Assembly: GCA_963832855.1 (NCBI GenBank)
Contig: CAWHVT010000002.1
Location: 476,378-540,377, forward strand
Direction of reading: 5' to 3'
Length of the DNA: 64,000 bases
Source of the DNA: an uncultured Acidobacteriaceae bacterium
GTDB lineage: Bacteria > Acidobacteriota > Terriglobia > Terriglobales > Acidobacteriaceae
The translations under genes and the position numbers were made by a program. Positions 10,589-21,324 of the stretch are shown here, in pieces (position 1 is the stretch's first letter; each line of letters begins with the position of its first letter). Under the pieces are notes generated by a model, which had not been told where the DNA came from, did not search any database, and saw nothing but the letters and a program-made list of their open reading frames with translations.

Positions 10589-13084
10589 ATGGTCGCTCCC
10601 GCTCTCCCCGATCTCGGCCCGGAAGGCTCGCTGAAAACCCAAAGAACCGCCGCGGGTTCCGACGCGTTGGCGCACTCGTTTCTCGACAACCTCTTCTTTG
10701 TACAGGGCCGCTCGCGCGATCGCGCCACGTTTAACGATCTCTATATGGCTCTCGCGCACACCGTCCGCGACCGCCTCGTCGAGCGCTGGATTCAAACCGT
10801 CCTCAACTATCGCGCTCAGGACGTCCGCGTCGTCTGCTACCTATCGGCAGAATTTCTCGCCGGCCCGCACCTTGCCAACAACCTCATCAACCTCGGCATC
10901 TACGAAGAAGCCGAAGAAGCCATGCGCAAGCTCGGCCTCGATCTCGAAACGTTGATCGAGCAGGAAGCGGAACCCGGCCTCGGCAATGGCGGCCTTGGCC
11001 GTCTCGCCTCGTGCTTCATGGATTCCCTTGCCACTCTCGACATTCCCGCCGTCGGCTACGGCATCCGTTATGAGTACGGCATCTTCGACCAGGAAATCCG
11101 CGACGGCTGGCAGGTTGAAGCCACTGACAAGTGGCTCCGCCTCGGTAATCCCTGGGCGCTGGAGCGCCCCGAAGACGCCTTCGAAGTTCCATTCGGCGGC
11201 CACACCGAAAGGCACAACGACGCCAACGACCATTTCCGCGTCCGCTGGATTCCCCAGAAACTCGTGCGCGGCATCCCCAATGACACGCCCATCCTTGGCT
11301 ACCGCACCAACACGGCCAACACCATGCGCCTCTGGTCCGCGCAGGCCGTCGAGTCCTTCAATTTTGAAAGCTTCAACACCGGCGACTTCTTCGGAGCCGT
11401 CCGCGAAAAAGTCGATTCCGAAAATATCTCCAAGATTCTTTACCCAAACGACGAAGAGATTCAGGGCAAGCAGTTGCGGCTCGAGCAACAGTTCTTCTTT
11501 GTCTCCTGCTCACTGCAGCACATTGTCAAGATCCAAAAGACCGCCGAGCGCCCGCTCGCCGATCTGCATCGTTCCTTCACCATCCAGTTGAACGACACGC
11601 ATCCGGCCATTGCTGTTGCTGAATTGATGCGCCTCCTGGTCGACGAAAACCTGATGGACTGGGACACCGCCTGGCACGTAACCACCCAAACACTCTCCTA
11701 CACCAATCACACGCTCATGCCCGAGGCCCTCGAAAAGTGGCCCGTCCCCCTCTTCGGCGCTCTTCTTCCTCGCCATCTCGAAATCATCGAGGAGATCAAC
11801 CGCCGTCATCTCGACGACGTTCGTTCCCGCTTCCCCGGCGACGAAGATCGCCTGCGCCGCGTTTCCATCATCGACGAATCCGGCGACCGCTACGTCCGCA
11901 TGGCTCATCTCGCCACCGTCGGCAGCCATGCCGTCAACGGCGTCGCTGCGCTGCACACCGATCTGCTCAAAGCCCACGTCCTCCGCGATTTTTACGAGCT
12001 CACCCCGGGCAAATTCTCCAACAAGACCAACGGCGTCACGCCCCGCCGCTGGATGGTCCTCTCCAATCCCCGGCTCGCACACTTGCTCAGCTCCCGCCTC
12101 GGCCACAGTTGGATTCACGACCTCGAAAAGCTGCGCAAGCTTGAGCCCATGATTGACGATCCCGACTTCGTCCGCGAGTGGCGCGCCATCAAGCATCACA
12201 ACAAGCAGCGCCTCGCCGCCTACGTCTACCAAACCCTCGGCATCGCCGTCGATCCCGATTCCATGTTCGATGTTCTCGTCAAGCGCCTCCACGAATACAA
12301 GCGCCAGCACCTTAAAGTGCTGCACATCCTCACCCTCTACAAGCGCATCCAGCACAACCCCGATATCGCCATGCAGCCGCGCACCTTCATCTTCGGCGGC
12401 AAAGCTGCGCCCGGCTATCGCATGGCCAAGCTCATCATCAAGCTCATCCACTCCGTCGCCGCCGTCATCCACGGCGATCCGCTTGTCCGCGAGCGCCTCA
12501 AGGTGGTCTTCCTGCCCAACTTCAACGTCAAGCTGGGCCAACGCGTCTATCCTGCCGCCGATCTCTCTGAGCAAATCTCTCTCGCCGGCCTTGAAGCCTC
12601 CGGCACCGGCAACATGAAATTCGCCATGAACGGCGCGCTCACCATCGGCACCCTCGACGGCGCCAACATCGAAATCCGCGAAGAAGTCGGAGCCGACAAC
12701 TTCTTCCTCTTTGGCTTCACCGCGCAGGAGGTCGAGCAGAAAAAAGCGGCGGGCTACAATCCCCACGCCTGGTACGAAGCCAACACCCACCTTCGCGAAG
12801 TCGTCGATTCACTTGCCAGTGGCGAGTTCTCCCACGGCGACCGCAGCCTCTTCGAGCCGCTCGTCCAGTCCCTGCTCACGAGCGATCCCTACATGCTCTT
12901 TGCCGACTACCAGTCCTACATCGATTGTCAGGATCAGGTCGACCAGGCCTACCATGACGTCGACCACTGGACGCGCATGTCCATCCTCAACGTCGCGCGC
13001 GTCGGAAAATTCTCCTCCGACCGCGCCATCCGCGACTACTGCGCCGACATCTGGAAGACATGGCCCGTCAAAATCGAAATTTAG
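10589..13084 (+). CDS. glgP: Glycogen/starch/alpha-glucan phosphorylase
   Basis: GLGNGGLGRLASCF, LNDTHP, KRLHEYKRQ, EASGTGNMKF; ATG 10589 after GAGGTG. Confidence 0.97.
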   Translation: MVAPALPDLGPEGSLKTQRTAAGSDALAHSFLDNLFFVQGRSRDRATFNDLYMALAHTVRDRLVERWIQTVLNYRAQDVRVVCYLSAEFLAGPHLANNLINLGIYEEAEEAMRKLGLDLETLIEQEAEPGLGNGGLGRLASCFMDSLATLDIPAVGYGIRYEYGIFDQEIRDGWQVEATDKWLRLGNPWALERPEDAFEVPFGGHTERHNDANDHFRVRWIPQKLVRGIPNDTPILGYRTNTANTMRLWSAQAVESFNFESFNTGDFFGAVREKVDSENISKILYPNDEEIQGKQLRLEQQFFFVSCSLQHIVKIQKTAERPLADLHRSFTIQLNDTHPAIAVAELMRLLVDENLMDWDTAWHVTTQTLSYTNHTLMPEALEKWPVPLFGALLPRHLEIIEEINRRHLDDVRSRFPGDEDRLRRVSIIDESGDRYVRMAHLATVGSHAVNGVAALHTDLLKAHVLRDFYELTPGKFSNKTNGVTPRRWMVLSNPRLAHLLSSRLGHSWIHDLEKLRKLEPMIDDPDFVREWRAIKHHNKQRLAAYVYQTLGIAVDPDSMFDVLVKRLHEYKRQHLKVLHILTLYKRIQHNPDIAMQPRTFIFGGKAAPGYRMAKLIIKLIHSVAAVIHGDPLVRERLKVVFLPNFNVKLGQRVYPAADLSEQISLAGLEASGTGNMKFAMNGALTIGTLDGANIEIREEVGADNFFLFGFTAQEVEQKKAAGYNPHAWYEANTHLREVVDSLASGEFSHGDRSLFEPLVQSLLTSDPYMLFADYQSYIDCQDQVDQAYHDVDHWTRMSILNVARVGKFSSDRAIRDYCADIWKTWPVKIEI

Positions 13085-13093
13085 ATAGCTAAA

Positions 13094-14280
13094 TTACATC
13101 CCCCGCCTTAAAGAACTCGGACCGCCGCAAGAGCTCCACGGACACCTTCTCGTCCGTGGGGCGCCCGCCCAACTCTTCGCACCCATGTCCGCCAGCCCTC
13201 GCTTCGGCACAGGGCTCCGCTCTCCCACAGCCCGAGCTGACCCCTGTCCACTGTTCACTGTCCACTGTTGCTTGATTCCCACCACCATCGAGTCCGGCCC
13301 CACCAGATGCTCCACTCGCGTCTGGCTGAACCCCGCCTCCTTCATCCATCCCTGGCAATCCGCGCCCGTGTAGTCGAATCCGCCATAAGTCTCCATCAGC
13401 ATATTCAGACTCGCCATCAATCCAAACGCATTCTTGCTCCGGTCGTCGTCGATGATCGCCTCATACACAATGAACGCCCCGCCCTTCGGCAGCGCCTCAT
13501 ACGCCTTCCCAATGAGCATCTTCTTCGTGGGCAAATCCCAATCGTGCAGAATGTGCCCCATCACAATCACATCCGTCTTCGGCAGCGCGCCCTCAAAGAA
13601 ATTTCCCGCCGTAAACCTCAGCCGCCCATTCAGCCCCAGTTCGCCCACATACTCCTCAAAAATCGGCCCTACCTCCGCCAAGTCGAACCCCATCCCGCTC
13701 AGGTGCGGATGCGCCAACGCAATCTGCGCCGCCGTATCGCCCTGCGCCGTGCCCACATCGCAATACGTCTTGTACTCCTTCCACGGAAACTTCGCCGCAA
13801 TGGCCAGCGCCGCCCATGGCTGATCCCGCTCATGGCCTTCAAAAACACCTTCAGCCGCGCCGGATCGGCATACAGCGTCTCGAACAGCGGCGCGCCTCCG
13901 CCGCGCACCTCATTCTGCGGCTGCCCCGTCCGCAACCCCTCCGTTAAATGCGCCCAGTGCCCATACAGCCTCTGGTTCGCCATCTCCAGCATCCCGCCAA
14001 TGTACGACGGCTTCTTCCTGTCCAGAAACAAATCCGTCTCCGGCGTATTCCCATACTTGCCGTCGCGCCGTTCGAGGAACCCCAGCGCCACCAGCGCATC
14101 CAGAAAATCCCGCGCCCCTCTCGGATGCAGTCCCAGCCGCCCCTGCACCGCCTCCAATCCCTCAGGCCCTCGCGCCAGCTCCGTAAACAATCCCATTTCC
14201 ACCGCCGCCAGAAGTGTCTTCGAGGCCCAGAATCCCAGGCCAATCTGCATAATCTTTTCCGGTGTCGGATGCTCGCCCAC
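13094..14280 (-). pseudogene. O-methyltransferase (dimerisation + SAM domains) split by a 1-nt frameshift at ~13813-13815; the C-terminal frame also lacks the expected stop near 13268
   Basis: N-half [19 protein letters not shown]...[11 protein letters not shown]; C-half (D)VGTAQGD...GFDL...GNFF...MGHILHDW; adding one G restores [14 protein letters not shown]; GTG 14280 after GAGGAGG. Confidence 0.8.
13244..13269. repeat. Heptamer tandem repeat CTGTCCA/CTGTTCA
   Basis: 3.7 units read directly. Confidence 0.75.
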
Positions 14281-14462
14281 AATGACCTCCTCGTCATCTC
14301 TCAATTTGAATTTTGTTTCAGGAGACCTGCGTTGCTTCGGGGGAATTTTCCTTTGCTCTTCGGAATCGACCCAGGTTTCAGTTTCGGGGGGATCTTGTCT
14401 TCGTCTCAGGGGAACCGCTTCAGCAGAGGGAACCCGTCCACTATACCCCATCCCCAGCCCCA

Positions 14463-14549
14463 CGAACCAAGCTGAGAGCTGAAAGCTGAGAGCTGATGGC
14501 TGCCTTCGCGAACCAAGCTAATAGCTAAAAGCTAAGAGCTAACGGCTGC
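14463..14549. repeat. Two 41-bp copies of CGAACCAA + 4 heptamers (GCTGANN vs GCTAANN) + GCTGC
   Basis: Units at 14463-14503 and 14509-14549. Confidence 0.85.
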
Positions 14550-14569
14550 TTTTCTGCGATACTCGCACC

Positions 14570-15073
14570 ATGCTCCTCCGCCCCGCCGAGCCCACCGACG
14601 CTCTCGCCATCGCTCGCATACACGTCCGCGCCTGGCAGCAAGGCTATAGCGGAATCCTTCCCGCCAGCTATCTCAACAATCTCCGCCCCGAGGAGCGCGC
14701 CGACAAATACGACCTCTCCAACTCCGATCCCCTCAAGCCCCACACCATCGTCGCCGTCTCCGACAACATCGTCCACGGCTTTGCCACCACCTGCCCCTCG
14801 CACGAGCCCGACCTTCCCAACCACGGCGAGCTCACCGCCCTCTATGTCGATCCCCATTCCTGGGGCCTCGGCGTCGGCGTCGCTCTGGTCTCCGCGGCCC
14901 GCGCCCACCTCGTGTCTCTTGGCATCCGTCAGGCCTACCTCTTCACACTGGTCGACAACCTCCGCGCCCAGCGCTTCTACAAAACCGACCAGTGGACCCC
15001 CGACGGACTCCAGCGCGTAGACACCGTCTGGGGAATCGCCGTCCACGTCCTCCGCTTCCAGCGCAACCTCTAG
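14570..15073 (+). CDS. GNAT family N-acetyltransferase
   Basis: IARIHVRAWQQGY, ELTALYVDPHSWGLGVG, NLRAQRFY. Confidence 0.9.
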   Translation: MLLRPAEPTDALAIARIHVRAWQQGYSGILPASYLNNLRPEERADKYDLSNSDPLKPHTIVAVSDNIVHGFATTCPSHEPDLPNHGELTALYVDPHSWGLGVGVALVSAARAHLVSLGIRQAYLFTLVDNLRAQRFYKTDQWTPDGLQRVDTVWGIAVHVLRFQRNL

Positions 15074-15079
15074 CGCACG

Positions 15080-15158
15080 CCTTATTCCCTATCCCCTGCT
15101 CACTGTCGCTCTGATCCCTGACCCCTGAAACCTGATCCCTGCCCCCAGCCCCCACATC
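15080..15158. repeat. Heptamer tandem repeat (CCTGACC/CCTGAAA/CCTGATC type)
   Basis: About 10 degenerate units between the GNAT and EAL genes. Confidence 0.75.
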
Positions 15159-15294
15159 CCCGTTGCCTTCGCCCGCTCCGCCTGCACCAAAAGAGTGATC
15201 CCCACCCCCCACCTTGGTCTGTTCGCCCCAGTTTTCAATCCACTATCATCTTTCATCAGGTCCACAGATTTCTTCCCAGGGAGAGGTTTTCGAA

Positions 15295-16881
15295 TTGCCA
15301 CATCGGCCACGCATTGCTTTTGCGCTCGCCGTCGGACTGGCCGCCATCTGCGCGCCCATCTTGGCCTCCATCTACCTCGCCTGGCACCAGAGTCTCGCCG
15401 CCCAAAAAGCCCTCAGCCTCGCCTACGCTCACGATTCTCTTCGCCGCGTTGAAGAAGCCGCCAGCCAGTTCGCCTTCGCCAAGCACCGCATCGACGCTGC
15501 AAACTTCGCTCCTTGCTCGCCCAACGAGATCGACCTGCTCCGCCAGATCGATCTCGGTTCCAGCTACATTCAGGCCGCCGGCCGCGCCTCCGGCAACACG
15601 CTTCTGTGCACCTCGCAGGGTGTCACCGCTCCGGTCTCTCTCGGCAAGCCAAGCCTCATCTCCTCCCGTGGCGTCGACGAATACTTCAACGTCAAGCTCT
15701 CGCCCCAGCAATGGCATCCGCTCGACGTCTTCTCCGCCGGCGGCTTCGCCATCATTGTCGACCCCAAGCTGCCCATCGACATTCCCACTGAAGGCTCCGA
15801 TGTCGAGCTCTCCGTCTTCGTCCCCTCAGCCCCCAACCGCGACCGCCTCGCCGTTGTCGGCAGCAGCTTCCAGCCTGCTTGGTTCCAGCCCATCGCACCT
15901 GGCTCCGAGGCCACCCTCCTCGATCACGGCTTTCTTGTCTCCCGGCTCCGCTCCGCCAAATGGGACCTCGCTGTTGTCGCGGCTGTCCCCGAGCGTTATG
16001 CCTTTCAGCAAGTCCGCCACTTCACTCTCATCTTCGCCCCCTTCGGCGTGCTCTGCGGAGTTCTCCTCGCCTGGGCGGTCAACTACCTCTGCCAGCTCAG
16101 CTCTTCATTTCCCACCATCCTTCGCCGTGCCCTCCGCCGCAAGGAATTCTACGTCGAGTACCAGCCCATCGTTGAGCTCGATTCGCGCCGCGTCATCGGC
16201 GCCGAGGCCCTCATTCGCTGGAAGAGTCCCCTCGCCAACATCCCGCCCGACCACTTCATCCCGCTCGCTGAAGATCGCGGCCTCATCCATCTCCTCACTA
16301 ACCAGGTCCTCGAAATCGTCACCCACGATCTGCCTCGAATCCTGGCCATCGATCCAGACTTCGAAGTCGCCATCAACATGTCGGCCGGCGATCTGCGCTC
16401 CGGCCGCACCCTCACGCAGCTCGATCAGTTGCTCCAGGCCACCGGCGCTATGCCCCACAACATCGGCATCGAGGCCACCGAGCGCGCCTTCTTCCACGAT
16501 TCCCAAACCGCTCAGCTCATCGCCACGCTCCGCACCAGGGGCTTCCACGTCTCCATAGACAACTTCGGCACCGGCTGTTCCTCGCTCGCCTGCCTGCAAT
16601 CTCTCTCGCTCGACACGCTCAAAATCGACAAGGCCTTCGTCGAAACCATCAACACCGACGGCGCAACCAGCCAGGTCGTCGTTCACATCATTGAGATGGC
16701 CCGCTCGCTCCACCTCCAAACTATCGCTGAAGGTGTCGAGACAGAAGCGCAGGCCCATTTCCTCCGCAGGCGCGGCGTCCGCTACGCCCAGGGATGGCTC
16801 TTCGGCAAATCCATGCCCATCGCTTCGCTCCTGAAGAAAATTCCAGCCAGCACAACCGATCCCGTCGCCGTTCGTGTCTGA
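15295..16881 (+). CDS. CSS-motif-type periplasmic sensor + EAL domain protein (c-di-GMP phosphodiesterase-like)
   Basis: TM-periplasmic (PCSP...LLCTS)-TM, then YQPIV, AEALIRW, DNFGTG, LKIDKAFV, AEGVET, QGWLF; TTG 15295 after GGAGAGG. Confidence 0.85.
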   Translation: MPHRPRIAFALAVGLAAICAPILASIYLAWHQSLAAQKALSLAYAHDSLRRVEEAASQFAFAKHRIDAANFAPCSPNEIDLLRQIDLGSSYIQAAGRASGNTLLCTSQGVTAPVSLGKPSLISSRGVDEYFNVKLSPQQWHPLDVFSAGGFAIIVDPKLPIDIPTEGSDVELSVFVPSAPNRDRLAVVGSSFQPAWFQPIAPGSEATLLDHGFLVSRLRSAKWDLAVVAAVPERYAFQQVRHFTLIFAPFGVLCGVLLAWAVNYLCQLSSSFPTILRRALRRKEFYVEYQPIVELDSRRVIGAEALIRWKSPLANIPPDHFIPLAEDRGLIHLLTNQVLEIVTHDLPRILAIDPDFEVAINMSAGDLRSGRTLTQLDQLLQATGAMPHNIGIEATERAFFHDSQTAQLIATLRTRGFHVSIDNFGTGCSSLACLQSLSLDTLKIDKAFVETINTDGATSQVVVHIIEMARSLHLQTIAEGVETEAQAHFLRRRGVRYAQGWLFGKSMPIASLLKKIPASTTDPVAVRV

Positions 16882-16929
16882 TGGACCTTCCCTCCGCATC
16901 CTCCGCTTCCATCGCAACCTTTAGCGTCG

Positions 16930-16962
16930 GCTGATCCCTGACACCTGACACCTGAACCCTGT
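16930..16962. repeat. Heptamer tandem repeat CCTGACA type
   Basis: GCTGATC-CCTGACA-CCTGACA-CCTGAAC-CCTGT. Confidence 0.75.
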
Positions 16963-17097
16963 CTTGGGTTGGCGAGTGAGATACGGTCCACCCACCGAAT
17001 AAAGACCGCAGAACCCAGCCGGCGATATACTGGCGCCGCCGGGATAGCAATCCGGCTTCACGGCTTCCCAGGAACTGAAATCTCAAGGAGGTTTGCG

Positions 17098-17595
17098 ATG
17101 AGTACATTTCGTGCAGGACGGTTGTTGGTGCTCTCCACCGTGATCGCTGTGCTGCTGCCCGCAGTGCCGGCCTACGCCGCGTTCGATACATTCATCACGA
17201 TCACGGGCTCCAGGCAAGGACAGTTCAAGGGCGACGCGGGGTCCGATCAAATCCGGCTCGTCAGCGTCGTCCGCGACACCCCGATGGAAACTGCCATGCA
17301 CACCGGCAGGAGCACGCACTCCACCATCACCATCACCAAAGAGATCGATAAGGCATCGCCCAGGTTCGCCCAGGCGCTGAGCACCAACGAGGTCTTGAGC
17401 GAGGTGGTGATTAACTTTGAGGGAGCCTCCGGAGGCGCGAAGACGGCCCAGAAGATCGTGCTCACCAACGCCAAAATCATCAGCGTTCGCAAGGCGGGCG
17501 GCAGCGAGATGATCACGCTCGACTACCAGGCCATCGAGGTCACATGGACCGACGGCGGCAAGACCATGGCGGACAACTGGCAAACTCCAAGGTAG
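17098..17595 (+). CDS. hcp: Hcp (type VI secretion tube) family protein with an N-terminal Sec-type signal peptide; orphan
   Basis: FITITGSRQGQFKG, HSTITITKEIDKASP, IVLTNAKI, EMITLDYQAIEVTW...DNW; leader MSTFRAGRLLVLSTVIAVLLPAVPAYA; AAGGAGG RBS. Confidence 0.8.
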   Translation: MSTFRAGRLLVLSTVIAVLLPAVPAYAAFDTFITITGSRQGQFKGDAGSDQIRLVSVVRDTPMETAMHTGRSTHSTITITKEIDKASPRFAQALSTNEVLSEVVINFEGASGGAKTAQKIVLTNAKIISVRKAGGSEMITLDYQAIEVTWTDGGKTMADNWQTPR

Positions 17596-17639
17596 AGCCG
17601 CGCAGCCCATCCACCCGCGCCGTGTCACCGCACGAACTT

Positions 17640-17684
17640 GTAGCGCCGGACTCCAGTCCGGCTGTCGTGCGGGCGTCTCCGCCC
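17640..17684. repeat. GTAG-type REP-like palindromes
   Basis: GTAGC-GCCGGAC-TCCA-GTCCGGC and GGGCG-TCTC-CGCCC. Confidence 0.55.
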
Positions 17685-18000
17685 GGACCGTTACCACCCA
17701 AACCGTCGGAGGGAGCAGGACGCAGGGACGATGGGACCGAGGAAACGAGGGGAACGAGGAGGGCCGATGGCGCGCGGCTCTTCTGAGTTGGATAGTCAAT
17801 GGTTCTCCCGAACTTCGCCCGCAAACCCAGAAAATGGCGTCTAACAGCCTTTAGATGGACGAATTTACGAGGCAGGTGTTTTGGAATCAACGATCTAGAG
17901 AAAATGATCGGGGGTACATATGGCTCAAAACAAACCTCTTAACCCCAAAAAATGGGAGGGGGGGGTATATCAAGATAGTGAACACCCGCCAGCTACTGGC

Positions 18001-18083
18001 CACGGCTCACGGTCCACCATCCACCGTCCACTGTTCACTGTTTGTCGTCCTCTGCGAACTGTGAACTACGAACTGTGAACTGC
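18001..18083. repeat. Two heptamer arrays (CACNGTY type x6, GAACTGT type x4) upstream of ispG
   Basis: Read directly. Confidence 0.8.
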
Positions 18084-18102
18084 TTTTCGGTAAACTGGAG
18101 GT

Positions 18103-19353
<1,251 letters not shown>

Positions 19354-19431
19354 ACCCTGCCCTGCGGCGGCCGTCACTGACTCGTCGACTCATGCTCATT
19401 ACTCTGTCTCCAACTCTCCTCGGAGACTCCG

Positions 19432-19953
19432 ATGCGGCTCACCCTCCCCCGCACCCTGGCGGTCATCGTACTTATGGCCCCCGCCCTCGCATTCGCCGCC
19501 AAACCCAAACCCTGCGTGTCCGCAGACCAAGCAGCAAAACTGCTCAACAAAGACGTTTGCGTTTCCGCGCATGTTTATGATGTGGTGGAACTTCCAGACG
19601 GCACGCGCTTCCTCGACGTCTGCTCGCCGCAAACTTCCGACAACCAATGCCGCTTCACGGTGGTGAGCCTGCCTGAGGATCGCCGCGAGGTGGGCGAACT
19701 CAAGAAGTATCGCGATGCCAACGTCGAGATTCGCGGAATCGTCCAGCCGATGCACGGCCGCTCCGGCATGGTTCTGAGCCACGCCCGCCAGTTCTACGGC
19801 GGGCCGCCAAAGTTCAAACCCAACCCTCTTCTCGCCCGCGGTTTTTCGGCCGATGAGGATCGTGCGCCCATCCACGATCCCAACCTGCACTCCCAGGGTG
19901 GCCGCCGCGCGTTCATGAACACGCGCGATCAGGAACCTACGCCGTCGAAGTAA
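19432..19953 (+). CDS. Hypothetical secreted protein (OB-fold-like)
   Basis: Signal peptide ending AFA; beta-rich core. Confidence 0.65.
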   Translation: MRLTLPRTLAVIVLMAPALAFAAKPKPCVSADQAAKLLNKDVCVSAHVYDVVELPDGTRFLDVCSPQTSDNQCRFTVVSLPEDRREVGELKKYRDANVEIRGIVQPMHGRSGMVLSHARQFYGGPPKFKPNPLLARGFSADEDRAPIHDPNLHSQGGRRAFMNTRDQEPTPSK

Positions 19954-19983
19954 GCCGGAAAATTCTCCCGCTCCGCTGACTTG

Positions 19984-21243
19984 CTAACTCGCTGTCTCGA
20001 TGACTTGCTGCCCTTCTTCGAGCACCGGCGCGTGCCTGGCGCCTGTAAAGAGAATGGTGCATGAGATCAGCAGGAAGACGAGCGTTGCGCCCAGGCCGAC
20101 GCTGAGGTTTGAGCGATCGCTGATGGCGCCGATGATCTGCGGCGAGAACGTGTCGCCGAAGAAGTGAATGCAAAACAGGTTGATGGAGATGGCGGTCGCG
20201 CGCACCGGCGCTGAGACTGAGTTGACGATCGCCGTGTTGAGCGGCCCGGTGTTGAGGAAGAGAAAGAACTCCGCGGCGAACAGCGAGGGCACGGCCCACC
20301 GATGCGGGCCGAAGAACAGCATTACCCCACACGGCAAGGTCAGCGCCACGCTCCACGCAGAAAGAAGGTACAGCGCTCTGTGATTCCTTCGCAGCCACAC
20401 CTGTGCAATCCATCCCCCCACCAGCGTTCCGGCAATGCCGTCAATCACTGTAGTCGCGCCAACTGTGAGGCTTGCCGTTCCCATCGACATACCCGCGAAA
20501 CGCCGCAGAAACTCCGGCACCCACCACGAGATCCCGCCCATGGCAAAGGTCAGCATGGCCAGACCAAAGGTCGCTGTCAGGAAGGCCGGGTTGGTGAAAA
20601 GCCCCAACACCGTGCCCCGGTTCAGATTCGCTTCGATGTGATCGCTGGCTCCCCGCTCCGGCTCGCGCCCGATCCAGCCATAGAGAGCCGCGACCAGAAA
20701 TCCCGGCAGAGCGCAGACGAAGAACGGCGCACGCCAGCCCCAATGTGAGCCAATCTGCCCGCCGGCCAAGTAACCGAGCGCTGCGCCTACTGGAATCGCA
20801 ACATAAAACACTGAAAGTACCCGGTTGCGCTCCCGCTCCGGATAAAAGTCGCTGAGCACAGCAGGCGCAAAGATCCCGAAGGTCGCTTCGCCGATTCCCA
20901 CCAGCGCCTGGCGGAGATAGAGCGTGGTGTAGCTGTGAATCCAAAGGGCTGCGAGCGTGGCCGCGCTCCAAAGAATTGCGCCGGTAATGATCATCGGCTT
21001 GCGGCGAAAGCGGTCTCCCAGCCAGCCGGTCAGTGGCGCGGCAATCATGTAGAAGACGAAGAACGCGGTGCCCAGCGCGCCCATCTGCTGGTCGCTCGCA
21101 TGAAACTCATGCTGAATGGGCGAGACTTCGCCGGCGAGGATGTAGCGGTCAATGTAGTTCAGCAGGTTGAGTGCGAGAAGCAGCGCCACGGTGCCCAGTG
21201 CAGGGCTGATGCCGGGGCGCGCACTCTGAGTCACGTTTGGCAA
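19984..21243 (-). CDS. MFS transporter (spinster-like)
   Basis: LNLLNYIDRY, GWLGDRFRRK, GIGEATF, ~12 TM segments. Confidence 0.9.
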   Translation of the reverse strand: MPNVTQSARPGISPALGTVALLLALNLLNYIDRYILAGEVSPIQHEFHASDQQMGALGTAFFVFYMIAAPLTGWLGDRFRRKPMIITGAILWSAATLAALWIHSYTTLYLRQALVGIGEATFGIFAPAVLSDFYPERERNRVLSVFYVAIPVGAALGYLAGGQIGSHWGWRAPFFVCALPGFLVAALYGWIGREPERGASDHIEANLNRGTVLGLFTNPAFLTATFGLAMLTFAMGGISWWVPEFLRRFAGMSMGTASLTVGATTVIDGIAGTLVGGWIAQVWLRRNHRALYLLSAWSVALTLPCGVMLFFGPHRWAVPSLFAAEFFLFLNTGPLNTAIVNSVSAPVRATAISINLFCIHFFGDTFSPQIIGAISDRSNLSVGLGATLVFLLISCTILFTGARHAPVLEEGQQVIETAS

Positions 21244-21324
21244 GGCTCTCCAGGGCGAAGCAGAGACACAAGAGAACTCAGGAATACCACAGGGGAGCGC
21301 GATCCCCCAACCGGCGCTTCCGAT

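Noticed and set aside
13800-13830. Programmed ribosomal frameshift in the methyltransferase
   Set aside because: No X-XXY-YYZ slippery site and no obvious stimulatory structure.
16969-18100. T6SS or eCIS locus around hcp
   Set aside because: No sheath, baseplate, VgrG or PAAR genes anywhere in the window.
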